Origin: Catajapyx aquilonaris
Lineage: Eukaryota
Length of the DNA stretch: 64,000 nt
NCBI GenBank assembly: GCA_000934665.2
Contig: JYFJ02001725.1
Location: 1 to 64,000 of the forward strand
Reading direction: 5' to 3'
Shown here in pieces: positions 1 through 12,464 of this stretch. The notes under the pieces are model-generated. The model ran no database searches and had not been told where the DNA came from. It worked only from the letters and a program-made list of their open reading frames with translations. The translations under genes and the position numbers were made by a program. The stretch's first letter is position 1. The number at the start of each line of letters is the position of its first letter.

Positions 1-213
1 TAAGGGCGGCCGGGGGGGTAAATCCGGCGCTGGGTATCACCCCCTTTGAGGGTGCCCCTGTGTCACTCGTGTCACCGGTGTGGCGGTGCTATTAGCGTAT
101 TAGGTGATATAAAATTAGGATTTTTTTTTTTAACAATCACTTGGGTGTCACCCCCTTTGAGGGTGTCACCCAGTGTGGTCCGCACCCCCCGCACCTGCCT
201 AGCGACGCCACTG
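1..213. mobile_element. End of a hAT-like MITE
   Basis: Ends in CCTAGCGACGCCACTG (TIR CAGTGGCGTCGCTAGG) with GGGTGTCACCCC subterminal repeats. Confidence 0.55.
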
Positions 214-386
214 ACTTGGACCCATGTCTCCTCCCTGAAAAATCCCCATCCCTACTTCACGTCCTTTCTTCCCTGCACGGAGGTTGAAGAAAATACGAAA
301 AAATTGAATGGAAAATATGGTGGTGTTCCAGGCCCCTAAGAGGGCCTCTGGCCCTATCACAGGGTAATACCCCCCNAAAAAAAAAA
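214..386 (+). mobile_element. SINE family B, 3' fragment
   Basis: Matches the 3' half of 62212-62563 and the reverse complement of 15678-15860; A-rich tail. Confidence 0.7.
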
Positions 387-684
387 CTGCCTTGTACTAC
401 CCCTGCAACCAGTGGCAGTACAGGCGCAGATACAAGTATGTGCAGGCGTGAATTGATTCACACACATGTCCACATGTCCTCGTATGTGTGCAGAGGCACA
501 GGGTAGTTTTTTCCAGCACTATACTGGCAAAACTTGTAAGCATCAAAACTAAGTTAGTGTCAAAACCAAAATTAGTTAAAATGTGAGTGTCAGTAAAAAT
601 TAGAGCAAAAGCTTAACCAAAACAAGTGATTAGTGACTGGCATTTATTCAGGCTTTCAGGTGATTCATAGGAAATTCTTTGGCT

Positions 685-1120
685 CTCAAAGAATGCATCC
701 CAGGATTGATTCTTCTCTCTGTTTCGATAATTTTTAGTGTCAGTTGTTCCTAGTAGAAAGTAGACAAAAAAGTGAAATTAAGTTTTTCAACACTTGTTCT
801 CCAAGTTCTGAAATTATGAACTACTGTCTGATTTATTCTACTCTGGACCCACGTCATCAAGCCCTCTCTGCTCCACCCGTCCACCCCTCCATGGACTGTA
901 CATGTTACCAACCTAACTTCACACTTGTGATATCACAATGTTGTAATTAAATCATACAGCATACATTTGCAACATAAATTACAATGTGAGTGTTAATCGA
1001 CACTGTGTATTCCGAAGGAAATTTCAAGATTTTAACTTTTTCATCTCATATTGTTAGGAACAACTGTCACTAAAAATTATTAAAGCACAGAGAAAAATTA
1101 ATTCTGGAAGGAATTCTTCC
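685..1120. mobile_element. Degenerate fold-back element related to 45351-46004, containing a partial MITE copy at about 821-1005
   Basis: 700-752 is the reverse complement of 1054-1110; 821-1005 matches the reverse complement of the right part of 6387-6744. Confidence 0.5.
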
Positions 1121-1295
1121 ACACATACAGTAATAGATGCACAATTACAGCGCTGAAACTTAAAACAGCTGCAATGAAAGCATGGCCAGCAAGACCTAAA
1201 TGCCTGATTCGTTAGCCAGCTCTTTCCAGCAAAGCATTAGCAATGAAAACTGGTTTTTAAAAAGTTGGTTATCCAAACCCAAGTCACTTTCTCAC

Positions 1296-1370
1296 TTTTC
1301 CATCCCTCTATTCCCAACATCATCTTCATCTTTATCCTCTTCAAATGGGTTGAATGGTTTCTCTACCTCT
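1296..1370 (-). CDS. PACSIN: PACSIN candidate exon 8 with NPF motif (75 nt, symmetric phase 2-2)
   Basis: EVEKPFNPFEEDKDEDDVGNRGME; NPF followed by acidic residues is typical of PACSIN linkers; the frame matches the preceding phase-2 donor. Confidence 0.6.
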
Positions 1371-1525
1371 CTACATAAACGATCCAAATGCATCCAAGGT
1401 GAAGAGTTAGTCCAGGAAAAAGAAATTGTCCATAACCATAAGAACAGGAAAATTTGAGAATTCATGCTAAGATCTAGCATAAGTTACACCACCATTCAGC
1501 AGGAAGATTGTCAGAATAGACAAAC

Positions 1526-1656
1526 CTGACACTGGAGTTCCTGTTGTTCTCTTCCACCTTGTCCGTTTTCTTTGAAATGTCTGACTTTGTCCCAGACTCA
1601 CTACTTGTAGACTTCACTGACTTCTTTGACATTTTGTGGTTGCTTGTGGAGTATTC
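1526..1656 (-). CDS. PACSIN: PACSIN coding exon 7 (Ser/Lys-rich linker)
   Basis: Polypyrimidine tract + TAG acceptor; open phase-0 frame EYSTSNHKMSKKSVKSTSSESGTKSDISKKTDKVEENNRNSSV; donor AG|GTTTGT in phase 2. Confidence 0.7.
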
Positions 1657-2746
1657 CTAAAAAGAAAGAGATCCATTCAATGTAGTTAAAGGGACAAAAT
1701 TAATTGTATCAAAATTAAACCTCAGAATCAAATGCAAACATGTGATAAGGCAGGCACGTGAATGCACACAATTTTGGCAAAAACTAAAAATAATGGGCAG
1801 GCCAAAACACATGACAAGCATTGTTTTAAAAAAATCCCAACTTGATAAGACATTCCAATAACTCTGAAAAACCTTCCAAAATTGGACTGCATCTTTTTAA
1901 AATGTTTCACTCTGTATTAACCCACCGGCTTGTGCATGCACATTATGGTGTACACATTGGGACTAATTAATCACTCCAATATTTTCAAAGTCAAATAGCT
2001 TCTCAGTAGCACTGTCAGTTGTGGAACATACAACTAGGCTTCAGCATAATACCTATTACATGCTTGTAAGGGTATGTGACACACCAATTCAGTAATTCAG
2101 GAGGGAGAGAGTGCTACTAAGGCCTCACAGGAGGAGGTTTTTGTAATGTATTTTATTAACTAGACTGATTTAGGCCTTCCATATTTGCTTTCAGTGAATT
2201 GAGTTGCCAAAGTTGTCCCAAGTATCACCTGGAAAGTCACCCTCTTATAAACCTCTCACAGGCAGGTTAACATGGAATAAAAATTGAACTCAGAACTTTC
2301 TGGATGGACCTCGCATAGGGTAGAGTACAATTGAAGGGCAGCATGATTTTTTAAAACCAATGAACTTTTAAATCCCTTGTATCAGAGCAACCTGTATGTT
2401 GCATAGGATACGCCTTCATATTTCAAATTTTTAAAATCATTGGCAAAGGAAAAATCAGAATTTGTGAATTTGTTTTCATAAGTATATGAATTTTCCTAAT
2501 TTAACTCATTTTCTGCTGGCCCAAATTATGGTAAAGAGACACTGTCCGAAATAATCAAGACCTAGCAGATATAGCCTGAATGAATTGCAGGGTCAGACTT
2601 CAAAATATCCAGTCAGGGACTTTACTCCAGCTCTGAGTGCCAAAACTAACTAATGACACTTGATTAACTTCCTCCCTTTGCCATCTCATGGCAGAAAAGT
2701 GTCTCTGCCTGTCAATTTAAATGTAGAAAATTTATCCTGCTATTGC

Positions 2747-2747
<1 letters not shown>

Positions 2748-2789
<42 letters not shown>

Positions 2790-2826
2790 CAGCAACAACA
2801 ACAACAACAACAACAGCAGCAACAAT
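2748..2826. repeat. (AAT)n(AAC)n microsatellite
   Basis: Visible directly. Confidence 0.95.
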
Positions 2827-3176
2827 AGGTGAAGTTTTCAAAAAATCTCATTTGATAACAGATCAGTCCAATCAAATATGGCTTGCATTATGATGCGGCA
2901 TTTTGCTTTCTCAGAAAATTATTGTAACAAGCCATGCTCTTTGTCTATAATCCTGGAGAAGGACCGAAAATGGACAATTCACTTTTACACAGATCATGTT
3001 CTCATCGGCAGATCTGTAGTATGTATTAAAACTCCACCCCTTTAAGCAAATTTGGTAAATACTTTTTGCCTTTTTGTATTTTCTTGCCACATTCCAATAA
3101 TTCATTACTTTGTCATTACCATGCATTGAGCGGGAAGTTAATTGAGTATTGATGTCATTCAAACATCTACTATATA

Positions 3177-4072
3177 CAGGGTGTTCCAAGTATCTGGGTC
3201 ATTTTTAGTCCTTGCTAATATCACCTGAAGTAGTTATTTTTGTGTAACTTGTTGCACCCCGATCCAGGTGTCCAATACTCCCAGGTGGTCAAATATAGCA
3301 GTCGCTATGTAATAGGGCACCTGGATAGGGGGACTACGATCTACAGATAAATAACAGTTTCGTATGAAATTTCCTGCAACTAAAGCGATCCACATACTTG
3401 GAACACCCTGTTTACACACACACAGGGTGATCCAAAGTTGTCTTGATTAATATTGACCTTGCTGGCACTCAGCTGCTCATTTGGTAGCAGTTACCTTTTG
3501 CATGGTTACCGGTACCTTTTATGGTTTCAAGAAGGGTTATTACTAATATTATGCCAAACTGAATCATCCATTCAACCTCTGAACTGCAATTACCAATTGG
3601 GAATGGCCCATTGGAAGAGTTGGCTCTCCCATCAATGATGGAACCCATTTTGTGCATGTCAGACCCCTTGAAGGCTTTAAAAAGGATGGGTACATGTTAC
3701 CTAATATTAGTAGTTAATACCTTTGATAACCATTAAAAGCAATCATGCAAAAATAACTGCTAAAGCGATCAGCTTAATGCCAACAAATACCCACACCTGT
3801 AGGACAAGGACTTTGGATGACCCTGTATGTAGACAGTGTGTTCGAAGTGTTGGGGTCCTTTTAGTTATTGCAAATTTCGCTAGAAATTGTGATTTTTGGT
3901 TAGCTTTTTGTGCCATGGTCAAAGTACCCAATTATATAGTAGCTACTACATTCGACCATACCTGGATATAATTTGCCACCTTGATTGGGGTGCAAAATAC
4001 TACACAAAAATAACAATTTTTGTCAAAATTTGTGATGACTAAAAAGACCCAAATAATAATTGTAACACTCTA
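3177..4072. mobile_element. Cluster of three Tc1/mariner-type MITEs (3177-3410; 3423-3825; inverted copy of the first at about 3834-4072)
   Basis: TIRs CAGGGTGTTCCAAGTAT and CAGGGTGATCCAAAG; a further copy of the second family lies at about 21880-22220. Confidence 0.7.
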
Positions 4073-4276
4073 CACATAGACCCACACACAAGACACATCA
4101 AATGACTTCAGAATCTCCCTTATTGATGAATTCCTGCCTTATTTTGAAGCACTAAATGTCTAAGGGCACACAAATACTTCCTCCCAAATGTGGACACCTG
4201 CCTATTTCAAATTGCTATTTCCACACACAGCCACTTAAATTGATCAGTAAAAAATTATAATGCATATAATGATTAC

Positions 4277-4384
4277 AGGTAAGTCTTCTCCCACAGTGCG
4301 CTGGTTGATGAGAGTAATGTTGCCAGCTGGAAGTGGTTCCTTCCCTTTTCCTTTGGCAATATCTCTGAATTCTTCTGTATAATC
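4277..4384 (-). CDS. PACSIN: PACSIN coding exon 6 (start of linker)
   Basis: DYTEEFRDIAKGKGKEPLPAGNITLINQRTVGEDLP; CTACAG acceptor, GTAATC donor, 108 nt. Confidence 0.85.
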
Positions 4385-4583
4385 CTGTAGAACACCATGC
4401 ATTACACATAAGTCACACACAAAAAAATCAAGAAAAATAAAAAACTAAATAACTGCACAATACACCACACATGCAAGTATTACAGCAATAAGAGGCATCA
4501 TTCCACACTCTAACTAAAAATTATTTGCAGTACATGCAACTTTAAATATATTTATACACGTGTCCAGTAACAAATTTCCAAAC

Positions 4584-4704
4584 CTCAAACTGGGGCCAGT
4601 TCATGGCCATGTTCACACCATGAGTGTTGGACCACCACTTGAGGTCCTTCTCATGGTCAGCATTGGTCACAGTGTGTTGAAATTCTTCATATATTTGGGA
4701 AATT
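4584..4704 (-). CDS. PACSIN: PACSIN coding exon 5
   Basis: ISQIYEEFQHTVTNADHEKDLKWWSNTHGVNMAMNWPQFE, the conserved end of the PACSIN F-BAR; phase 2 to 0. Confidence 0.95.
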
Positions 4705-6386
4705 CTGCAAAGGAACAGAAGGTGCCTTAGTATGCAATGCAAGGCTCTGCAACACTACATCCTTAAAACAACATAGATGCTCTTGATCTTTGATTCTGAC
4801 ATTTAAAATTTGTCTTACATAACCACATGATACATACTATAAATTGAAATTCACTGTTCAGTGTATTTAGTTGAAAATGATACCTACAAATAACATTTTT
4901 GTACAATACACTCGAGTCTTGATTATCAGCACTAATGAGGGGCGAGTGTGTCCTAAATTAAACAAACACTATCATGACATTTCCTACAGACAGCTAAAAG
5001 AGGCTCAAGTCAATTCACAGAAGAGGATTATTAACATGGCACACAAACAGATGATATTCAATGAAATAAACACATTGGATATACAAGATGATCCCAAAAG
5101 CATTGGTAACGGTGCAACCAAAATGGCACACCCAATTGGCTGAACGCTGGGTTAAAAACCCTTTGAAATGGACCTTACACTGGCTGCACTTCGTCAGACA
5201 TAATGAAAATACATGCAAGGGACAATATGAAGGAAGGAACAAATATAGGATTGCCTTTGACTACATTTGGGAAAGGATTTTTGAAGACGGTGGTTGGGAG
5301 AGAGGAAATTTTGATAGGGTAAGTTGGAGTAAGTGTGACAATGGGGCAAGTGTGGAATTGCTTCTAATATGTAGCACAAGGTGGCAGGAGCTATCAAAAA
5401 TCACGTAAACGTTCACAACGACTTTTTCCCACTCTACTAAAAGTAGCACAATATTTTCCCTTTCATAACTTTGATACATCAAAACTACCGCCCAGCTCAA
5501 GGTGTCGTTTTAACTTTTCCGGCGAGTACGAATCATTGCAGAATTTCTGATGAGCCTTGAATCTCATGCTGCGTAACTACTCCAGCATGTACGTAAGAGG
5601 TTAAGATGTACTATCACACTGTTATGGTTCCGTTTTGGTGGTGTAATCAGGCTGGTTTATAAACAGGGGGTCGCACTTGCCCCTACCTAGACATCTTCAG
5701 GGGCAAGTGCATACACAATAAATACGGGTACATGGATCGAAATGCAATATTGGAGTAATAAAGCTAGTGGTCACCAAAAGGGCCGACAAGACATCCTTTT
5801 CTGGTCACCAATGGATATTCTACAACTGGCGACAAGCTAATTTCGAACACTGGTGTGAAAACACTTCCACATAATGCATTTAAATCAGATAATGTCAGTA
5901 CTGTTAGCCAACCTGTTGCAGAGCAGTGAATAATAGTTCGGTCTGTAAGAACTTCTTGGAATTTTTTTATTTGGGCAAAACAGACTGACAGAGGAAGTTC
6001 GTGTCTTGGTGGCACTAGTCCTATGCAACCTGAACAATGTGTACTATTGGGAGAGAATTCCACAATCGCACTTACCCCATATCGCGGGGCAAGTGCAGCA
6101 TTGCGCACCACGTGCATACTTTAATTATCTTTCGGAGCACCCACATAGATGAATGTTACTCAATAGGCCAATTTGAAAGCCAATAAATAAGGTAAGGTGT
6201 ATTGCCGATTACTTTTTTTTGTCACTTGCTAATTACTGAGGAAGTAGCATGCCTATAAACTGCACCTAATCAAAATCCAGCAGCTCTTACCCTAACTTAC
6301 CCTATGTAAATCTTTTAATGTGCTGTGAACATTTCCATCACCTCAGACTACTCTCAAGAACCTTGCACAGTTCATGCGGTTACCTA

Positions 6387-6744
6387 CTGTCTGATTTATT
6401 CTACTCCTGATGCACGTCATCAAGCCCCCTTCTCTTCCACCTGTCCACCCTTTCACGGACTGTACTTGTTACCAACCTAACCTGTTGCACGTGGTCACCG
6501 CTGTCACCATTAATGCAATGCTGTTCCTTCCTGTCTGTGACAAGGGAATACGCAGAGGGTCGATTAACACTCCCATTATAATTTATATCGCAAATGTATG
6601 CTGCATGATTTAATTACAACATTGTTTGTGGTACCACGCATGTGAAGTTAGGTTGGTAACATGTACAGTCCGTGGAGGGAGGGACGGGTGGAACGGGGGG
6701 GGGGGGCTTGATGACGTGGGTCAGGAGCAGAACAAATCAGACAG
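6387..6744. mobile_element. MITE with ~100-bp imperfect TIRs, TA TSD
   Basis: TA|CTGTCTGATTT...AAATCAGACAG|TA. Confidence 0.75.
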
Positions 6745-6818
6745 TACTGTATGGGTGCCCAGATTATATGAAAATCAGCATAACTGTCATTCCATTATTT
6801 TACTTGTCTTGCATAATA

Positions 6819-8040
6819 CGAGGAGTGATCAGAAAGTAAGGTCTCCAAGGCTGTAACCTTTATTCTGTATGAACACAAATGACGAAACTTACAGGGTAGA
6901 TGAGGACACTGGACATCTACTTTACTACATAGTTTCCACACCGAAGAACGCACTTATCCCATCGCCAGACCAGTTTCTGAATCCCTTCCCAATAGAAAGG
7001 GGTGCCCTGTTGACAGCACCAGTCACACAGCCTTCTTCACCTCATCGTCGCTTCGGAAATGCTGACCTGCCATGTCTGCTTTCAGAGCTCTGAATAAGTG
7101 ATAGTCTGTGAGGGCTAGGTCGGGACTATCGGGTGTGTGAGGAAGATCTTCCCAGTCGTATCCATTCAGCAAAGCCATGGTGTCCCTCGATGTGTCCGGA
7201 CGGGCGTTGTCGTGGAGAAGGATGGCCCCAGCAGTAAGCAATCCCGGTCTTTTCCACCTGATGGCCTTCTGCAACTTCGCCAGGGTCACTGCGTCTCTCT
7301 CTGAATTGATAGTCGTGACTTCCAGGATTGCTCACTGCTGGGGTCATCCTTCTCCACGACAACGCCCGTCCAGACACATCGAGGGACACCATGGCTTTGC
7401 TGAATGGATACGACTGGGAAGATCTTCCTCACACACCCGATAGTCCCGACCTAGCCCTCACAGACTATCACTTATTCAGAGCTCTGAAAGCAGACATGGC
7501 AGGTCAGCATTTCCGAAGCGACGATGAGGTGAAGAAGGCTGTGTGACTGGTGCTGTCAACAGGGCACCCCTTTCTATTGGGAAGGGATTCAGAAACTGGT
7601 CTGGCAATGGGATAAGTGCGTTCTTCGGTGTGGAAACTATGTAGTAAAGTAGATGTCCATTGTCCTCATCTACCCTGTAAGTTTCGTCATTTGTGTTCAT
7701 ACGGAATAAAGAGGGTGACATGGTGGCGGAGTGGTTAGCGCCGCAGCCTTCCACCTCTAAGGTCCCGAGTTCAATCCCCGGATCGGACAGAGGATGCATA
7801 TGTGGATAGAGGTTCGATGATTTCTCTCCGTGTTTGCGTGGGTTTTCTCGGGGTTCTCCCGTTTCCTCCCACTATCAAAATCCATCACAGCAAAGGCAAT
7901 GATTAAAGACGGATAATTAAAAAGGTGATCCCCTAAAAAGCCCAAGAAGGCTTATCACGGGGTATCCATTATTATTATTATTATTATTACAGAATAAAGG
8001 TTGGTTAGCCTTGGAGACCTTACTTTCTCATCACTCCTCG
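6819..8040. mobile_element. Palindromic mariner derivative: two inverted copies of the transposase 3' end
   Basis: TA|CGAGGAGTGATCAGAAAGTAAGG...CCTTACTTTCTCATCACTCCTCG|TA; both arms encode HDNARP...SPDLALTDYHLF with D34D spacing. Confidence 0.92.
7712..7987 (+). mobile_element. tRNA-derived SINE family A (V-domain-like core) inserted in the right mariner arm
   Basis: A box TGGCGGAGTGG, B box GTTCAATCC; TSD TAC(G/A)GAATAAAG at 7700-7711 and 7988-7999; (ATT)n tail. Confidence 0.85.
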
Positions 8041-8049
8041 TAATAATTT

Positions 8050-8280
8050 AAAAAAAAAAATCATACCCGGTTATTAGCCGGCGGCTCTTTAGGGGGGGGA
8101 GTTCATCCCAATTTTGTTTTGACTGGAACTCTTTGCTTTCATTTTTACTTTGCTTTTTGGGATAGGATAGGGATGGAAGGAAGCGGCTGTGGCCTAATTA
8201 TTTAGGAAGCAATCCCGGAATTCTCCTGGGGGACCGTGGGAAACCACAGAAAACCACGGTTAGGATTGCCGGCCCTGGGA
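8050..8280 (-). mobile_element. SINE family D fragment
   Basis: GAAGGAAGCGGCTGTGGCCTA...GAAAACCACGG core shared with 17562-17792 and 44345-44488. Confidence 0.7.
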
Positions 8281-8966
8281 GTAACTTTGTTGCTGAGGTT
8301 TCCTCCCACTCACCCCCCAGACAGGCCCACACCTCGTATTACTCCTAAGAGAGGTTCTTCACCAGCAGGATGCCATTCAGACATATCTACAAGCATGTGC
8401 AAAACTGTTTGCCTACTTGGAACTTCATGGTACTGGGGGAGAGGGTTTTCTAAATGGAATACAACCCATCTACTTTCATACAACTTCTGTACTTGAACTG
8501 CTCAGATTGTAGCAAAAAACTGCAGCTAAACTGCCAGTCAAATGGACACCATTTGCTTTAAAAAACACTCCAAGGCACTACGGTGAGCAAAAAACGATGG
8601 ACATGACTGGTCAAGGAAAGGTTGGTTCCCAGATATGTTATTGGTAGAGAATGCTAAGTACTGTAGAGTATCCAATGCTACACCTGAACACCAGCTACGC
8701 CTCAATTCTTTCAAGAAACGAAACCTGCAATCGCAGGTCTAGTCTCTATAATTTTTCTAGTAAAGGATTCAGCAACATGTATGTCATGCTAATAACAGAA
8801 AACCCTGCCCCTGGTTAGCAAAATTGACCCAATTCACACAACACTGACATAAGAGAGCCTGACTTGCCTCACGTAGTTGGGACGGTAAATGTTCATAACC
8901 ACAATGGCATGCATCATAAAGAAATTCAGGTTCAACGGCACATTCTGAATATGAATGTGAACTTAC

Positions 8967-9193
8967 GTTGTATCCTGAGAAATGTTGAGGCATTTATGTA
9001 TCCCAAAGAGCACCTCCTTGAAGAACTGCAATCTCTGTGCCTCCATCTCCTGGCACTTGTCAAACACCACGGTCATGTCCTCCATGTACTTAGCATTGTA
9101 CCCATTGATCTCATGCAGTGCACTCTCATACTTCTCCTTGGAGCGCTGGACTTCCTCCTTCGACTTTTGAACACGGTCCTGAAGCTTCTTAAC
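8967..9193 (-). CDS. PACSIN: PACSIN coding exon 4
   Basis: Manual translation VKKLQDRVQKSKEEVQRSKEKYESALHEINGYNAKYMEDMTVVFDKCQEMEAQRLQFFKEVLFGIHKCLNISQDT; CAG acceptor, GTAAGT donor, phase 0 to 2. This frame is absent from the ORF track. Confidence 0.95.
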
Positions 9194-10072
9194 CTGTGTA
9201 TAAGAAGGAATCTGTGTACTCGCATGTAACGCACTAGAAAGGCACTGACTTTGGGAATAAGTAACATTATTCTTACATTTTCGGGTCTACTCCCATAATT
9301 TTCCTATAAAATAAATGTACAGAGGTTCAGTAGAAAATTAAAGGAGCCAATCATCTTCAAATTTGAAAGCATCAAAGCATTAGCAGCCAATTGAAAAAAT
9401 GGGTGAGAGAAAAATATTGCCATATTTAACCAGGGAAAGGCTCTAGAGGGTATATCTCTTTCGCTTTGAAGCAGCTACACAGGAAACAAATGTTGCATGA
9501 ATGCATAACATGTTGAAATATTACAAAGTCCTGAAAATAAAGGACACAATCCAAACAGGAGGAAAGCCAAGTATTTCAATATAATTATGGACCATGAGTG
9601 GAAGCACGGATTTCTCTCCAAGTACTTTTGAACTCACAAATATTTCATGCTAACTTCTGATATGAATGATAATTCACACCATTCATGCTAGGTGGCAGAT
9701 GGTGCTGGATTTCATTTCTCATGTATCCATTTCTGCTCGTTCACATCGTGCATGTTGCAAGAGCATGTGTTATCACCTACATGTCTTCATGTGCAATAGT
9801 GCAAGTCCATGTAAATGGCCAAGTGCAGTGTGAAGAAGTCTAGTTACATCTGGTGTATGATAACAAGAATGAAACAAACAGAATATTGAATACATTAATG
9901 ACATTGTTGAATCAATCATCACAACTTGTCCCTACAAATTGGTAGTGATGTAAAAGATTCTAGTCAATTATAAAATGGGCTAAGAGCATGACACCCCTAA
10001 CAGGCAGTTGATGAAACATGGTACAATATTAATTTTAAAAATTAGACAAATTCCAAGCAAAGGAATGGACCA

Positions 10073-10938
10073 CAGTACACTTCCCTGCATTAATGGCTAT
10101 GCACATACATCGCCACCTGGAGGACATCAGTCGCAGCGGCTGCGTCCAAAATACTTGAGACAGCTCAAGACTGCTCATGAGACCGCTCAAGACATCGCGT
10201 GGATTCAAACGCTTTCTACAAAGATGGATCATAGATATATCATATGTAAATATGGGATGGATTATAAAACCATTGCGATTCCTCTCAATGCACTGAAGTT
10301 GTGAACCAGTTATTACACAGACCACGAATCCACGATAATGCTTATTAGTAATATTATTGTCTCTTGTTAATGTGCGGCTGTACAGGGTACTTTTGGGAGT
10401 GCCCGTAAAGAGCATCACTCTTCTCTCATCGTTTAACTTTTTAATTCAGAAGTTTTTAATACACTGTAGTAAAATGAAGCAAGTCATATAGGGTGGTGCA
10501 AAAGATTGAGTATAGGCGACAACTGTCATTCGAGAGACTCCCTTATGACTCTGACTACTGATTGGCAATGTCATTTCTTGTCAAGCCCAGCAGATCCTAC
10601 CCCGTCTTTGTTGATAACTTCTGAATTAAAAAGCGACATGATGAGAGAGGAGTGATGCTGTTTACACGCACTCCAAAAAGTCCCCTATGCAGCCGCACAT
10701 TAAACATGAAATAACAATACACGTGGTCCGTGTAATAACTGGTTCACAACCTCAGTGCATTGACAGGAATGGCAATGGCCTTATAATCCATCCCACAGAT
10801 ATATCTATGATCCATCTTTGTAGCAAGCGTTTGAATCCACGCGATATCTTGAACCGTCTAAGTATTTTGGACGCAGCCGCAGCTGCTTATTTCTGCCAGG
10901 TGGCAATGTCTGTGAATAGCCATTAATGCAGGGTACTG
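10073..10938. mobile_element. Long fold-back non-autonomous DNA transposon (~350-bp arms)
   Basis: 10080-10455 is the diverged reverse complement of 10615-10938; ends CAGTAC/GTACTG|TA. Confidence 0.8.
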
Positions 10939-11878
10939 TACAAGCACATCATCAGATATAGTCAACATTGACTGTATGCGCATGTGAACTATGTCTCAAA
11001 TCCCCTATGAAGTAGATGACCAGACATATGGGCCTGCCCCTAGACCAGGGCTTCTTAAACTGTGGGTGGCGAATTAAATATTTGGGATCATGAGGGAGGG
11101 TAACAAATTATTTTTACAAAATGATTCTTTCTCTCTGGAAAAATATGCCAGTCAAATTTGTGTATCTCTTTTGATTTTCTGTAACGTTATCTCCATACGC
11201 TCACAAAAGTAAAATATTTTGGAGTATTTGAGGTTTTTTTCGCGCCTCTTTAAATGCCTATGTCACGGCTTTTTCGTGTCTATTTTGGGTTTTTTTCGCG
11301 TCTAAAAATCCGGACTCTACTCATTACCGCTGGGTCCTTTGCCATTTCTCCCCCCTACATTTTCGACTTGTTTTGGACCAATGGGTACGCTGCTGGTTGG
11401 ATGACACACTAGTAAGATACATCCTGTATGTCTTGAATATCCTTAACAAACCTTCTGCTACGAATAACTATTCATCATGTGTCCAAATCCCTTAAATTAA
11501 CAAACAATAGCCTGAATCTAAATAATTACCTCCAGTCATACATGGACAGCCTTCTGCTCTTGCATATTGCTTGTCCACATTAAAACCCATAAAATACAAG
11601 TATGAGTATTTAAAAACCCCTGTGAAGCAGTAACAGTTTCATGGTGATAAGTATATTACTAGGTGTGATACACCATTCACCTAGTCGCACCCTTTCAAAC
11701 AAAACAGAAGTTATGCCAAAAAACTTACCTTGCCAAAATAACTATTCTGCTATGCACCCTTTTCCAATAACCACATTATATTGTGTTTGTTTTATGCAAA
11801 ATTTGATTACCTGCACTGATACTGATGATGCTATGACTCGGTTAAAAAATTTCCTATTTATAAAATTGTTAAACCTAT

Positions 11879-12218
11879 ATAGGGTGTTAATGAATTCAAC
11901 CTGCAAACATTCTAGGGGTAATAGAGGGGACCAAGACAAGCATATTTCATATAAGAACCTGCGTCCAGAAACTCCATCTAGAGGGGGTCAAGAGACAAAG
12001 AACGGGTGGGAGTCAAGCGGACTGATTAAATTCAATTATTTAATTAAATAATCGAATTACATCAGTCTGCTCACCTCCTGCCTGAGCGCACCCGTTCTTT
12101 GTCTTTTGACCCCATCTAGATGGAGTTTCTGGACGCAGGTTCCTATATGAAATATGCTTGTCTTGGTCCTCTCTATTACCCCTAGAAGTTTGCAGGTTGA
12201 ATTCATTGACACCCAGCA
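11879..12218. mobile_element. Tc1/mariner-type MITE with ~130-bp TIRs
   Basis: GGGTGTTAATGAATTCAACCTGCAAAC...GTTTGCAGGTTGAATTCATTGACACCC; related fragment at about 14410-14545. Confidence 0.8.
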
Positions 12219-12464
12219 TAACTCCAGGAATTTGTTCAAGTATGTACAGTACCTCATTAAATTTTTATTTATTTCAGATCTAATAAACCAATATAAATGT
12301 TCTTTAGCCTCAATTAAATATAGGGGAACTAAAGAATTAAAACATTATTTGCCATTAATTGGTGACAGCGCAAAGCTTCAAGAGAGGAGTTATGAAGCTG
12401 ACAGTTAATGCCATTTTTAACCTTGCAGAAAAGGGCAGAAGCAGAGAGGCCGAGTAGCAGATAC

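Noticed and set aside
620..750. Possible further PACSIN exon after a pyrimidine-rich AG at about 750
   Set aside because: The required phase-2 frame stops immediately, and the sequence is one arm of an inverted-repeat element.
5657..6120. Segment bounded by GCACTTGCCCC/GGGGCAAGTGC motifs with a 117-aa ORF
   Set aside because: Probably a DNA-transposon relic, but I could not define termini, a TSD or a protein family.
7023..7546. Functional transposase ORFs
   Set aside because: C-terminal fragments only, frameshifted, with no HTH domain or first catalytic Asp.
7712..7785. tRNA-like sequences here and at 16000, 17730, 24790, 47950, 56460, 62250 and 63420
   Set aside because: Each continues into a repeated body, most with a tail and TSD; these are SINE heads, not tRNA genes.
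8864..9229. 121-aa plus-strand ORF, and similar ORFs at 20879-21187 and 53085-53342
   Set aside because: Antisense shadows of real minus-strand exons.
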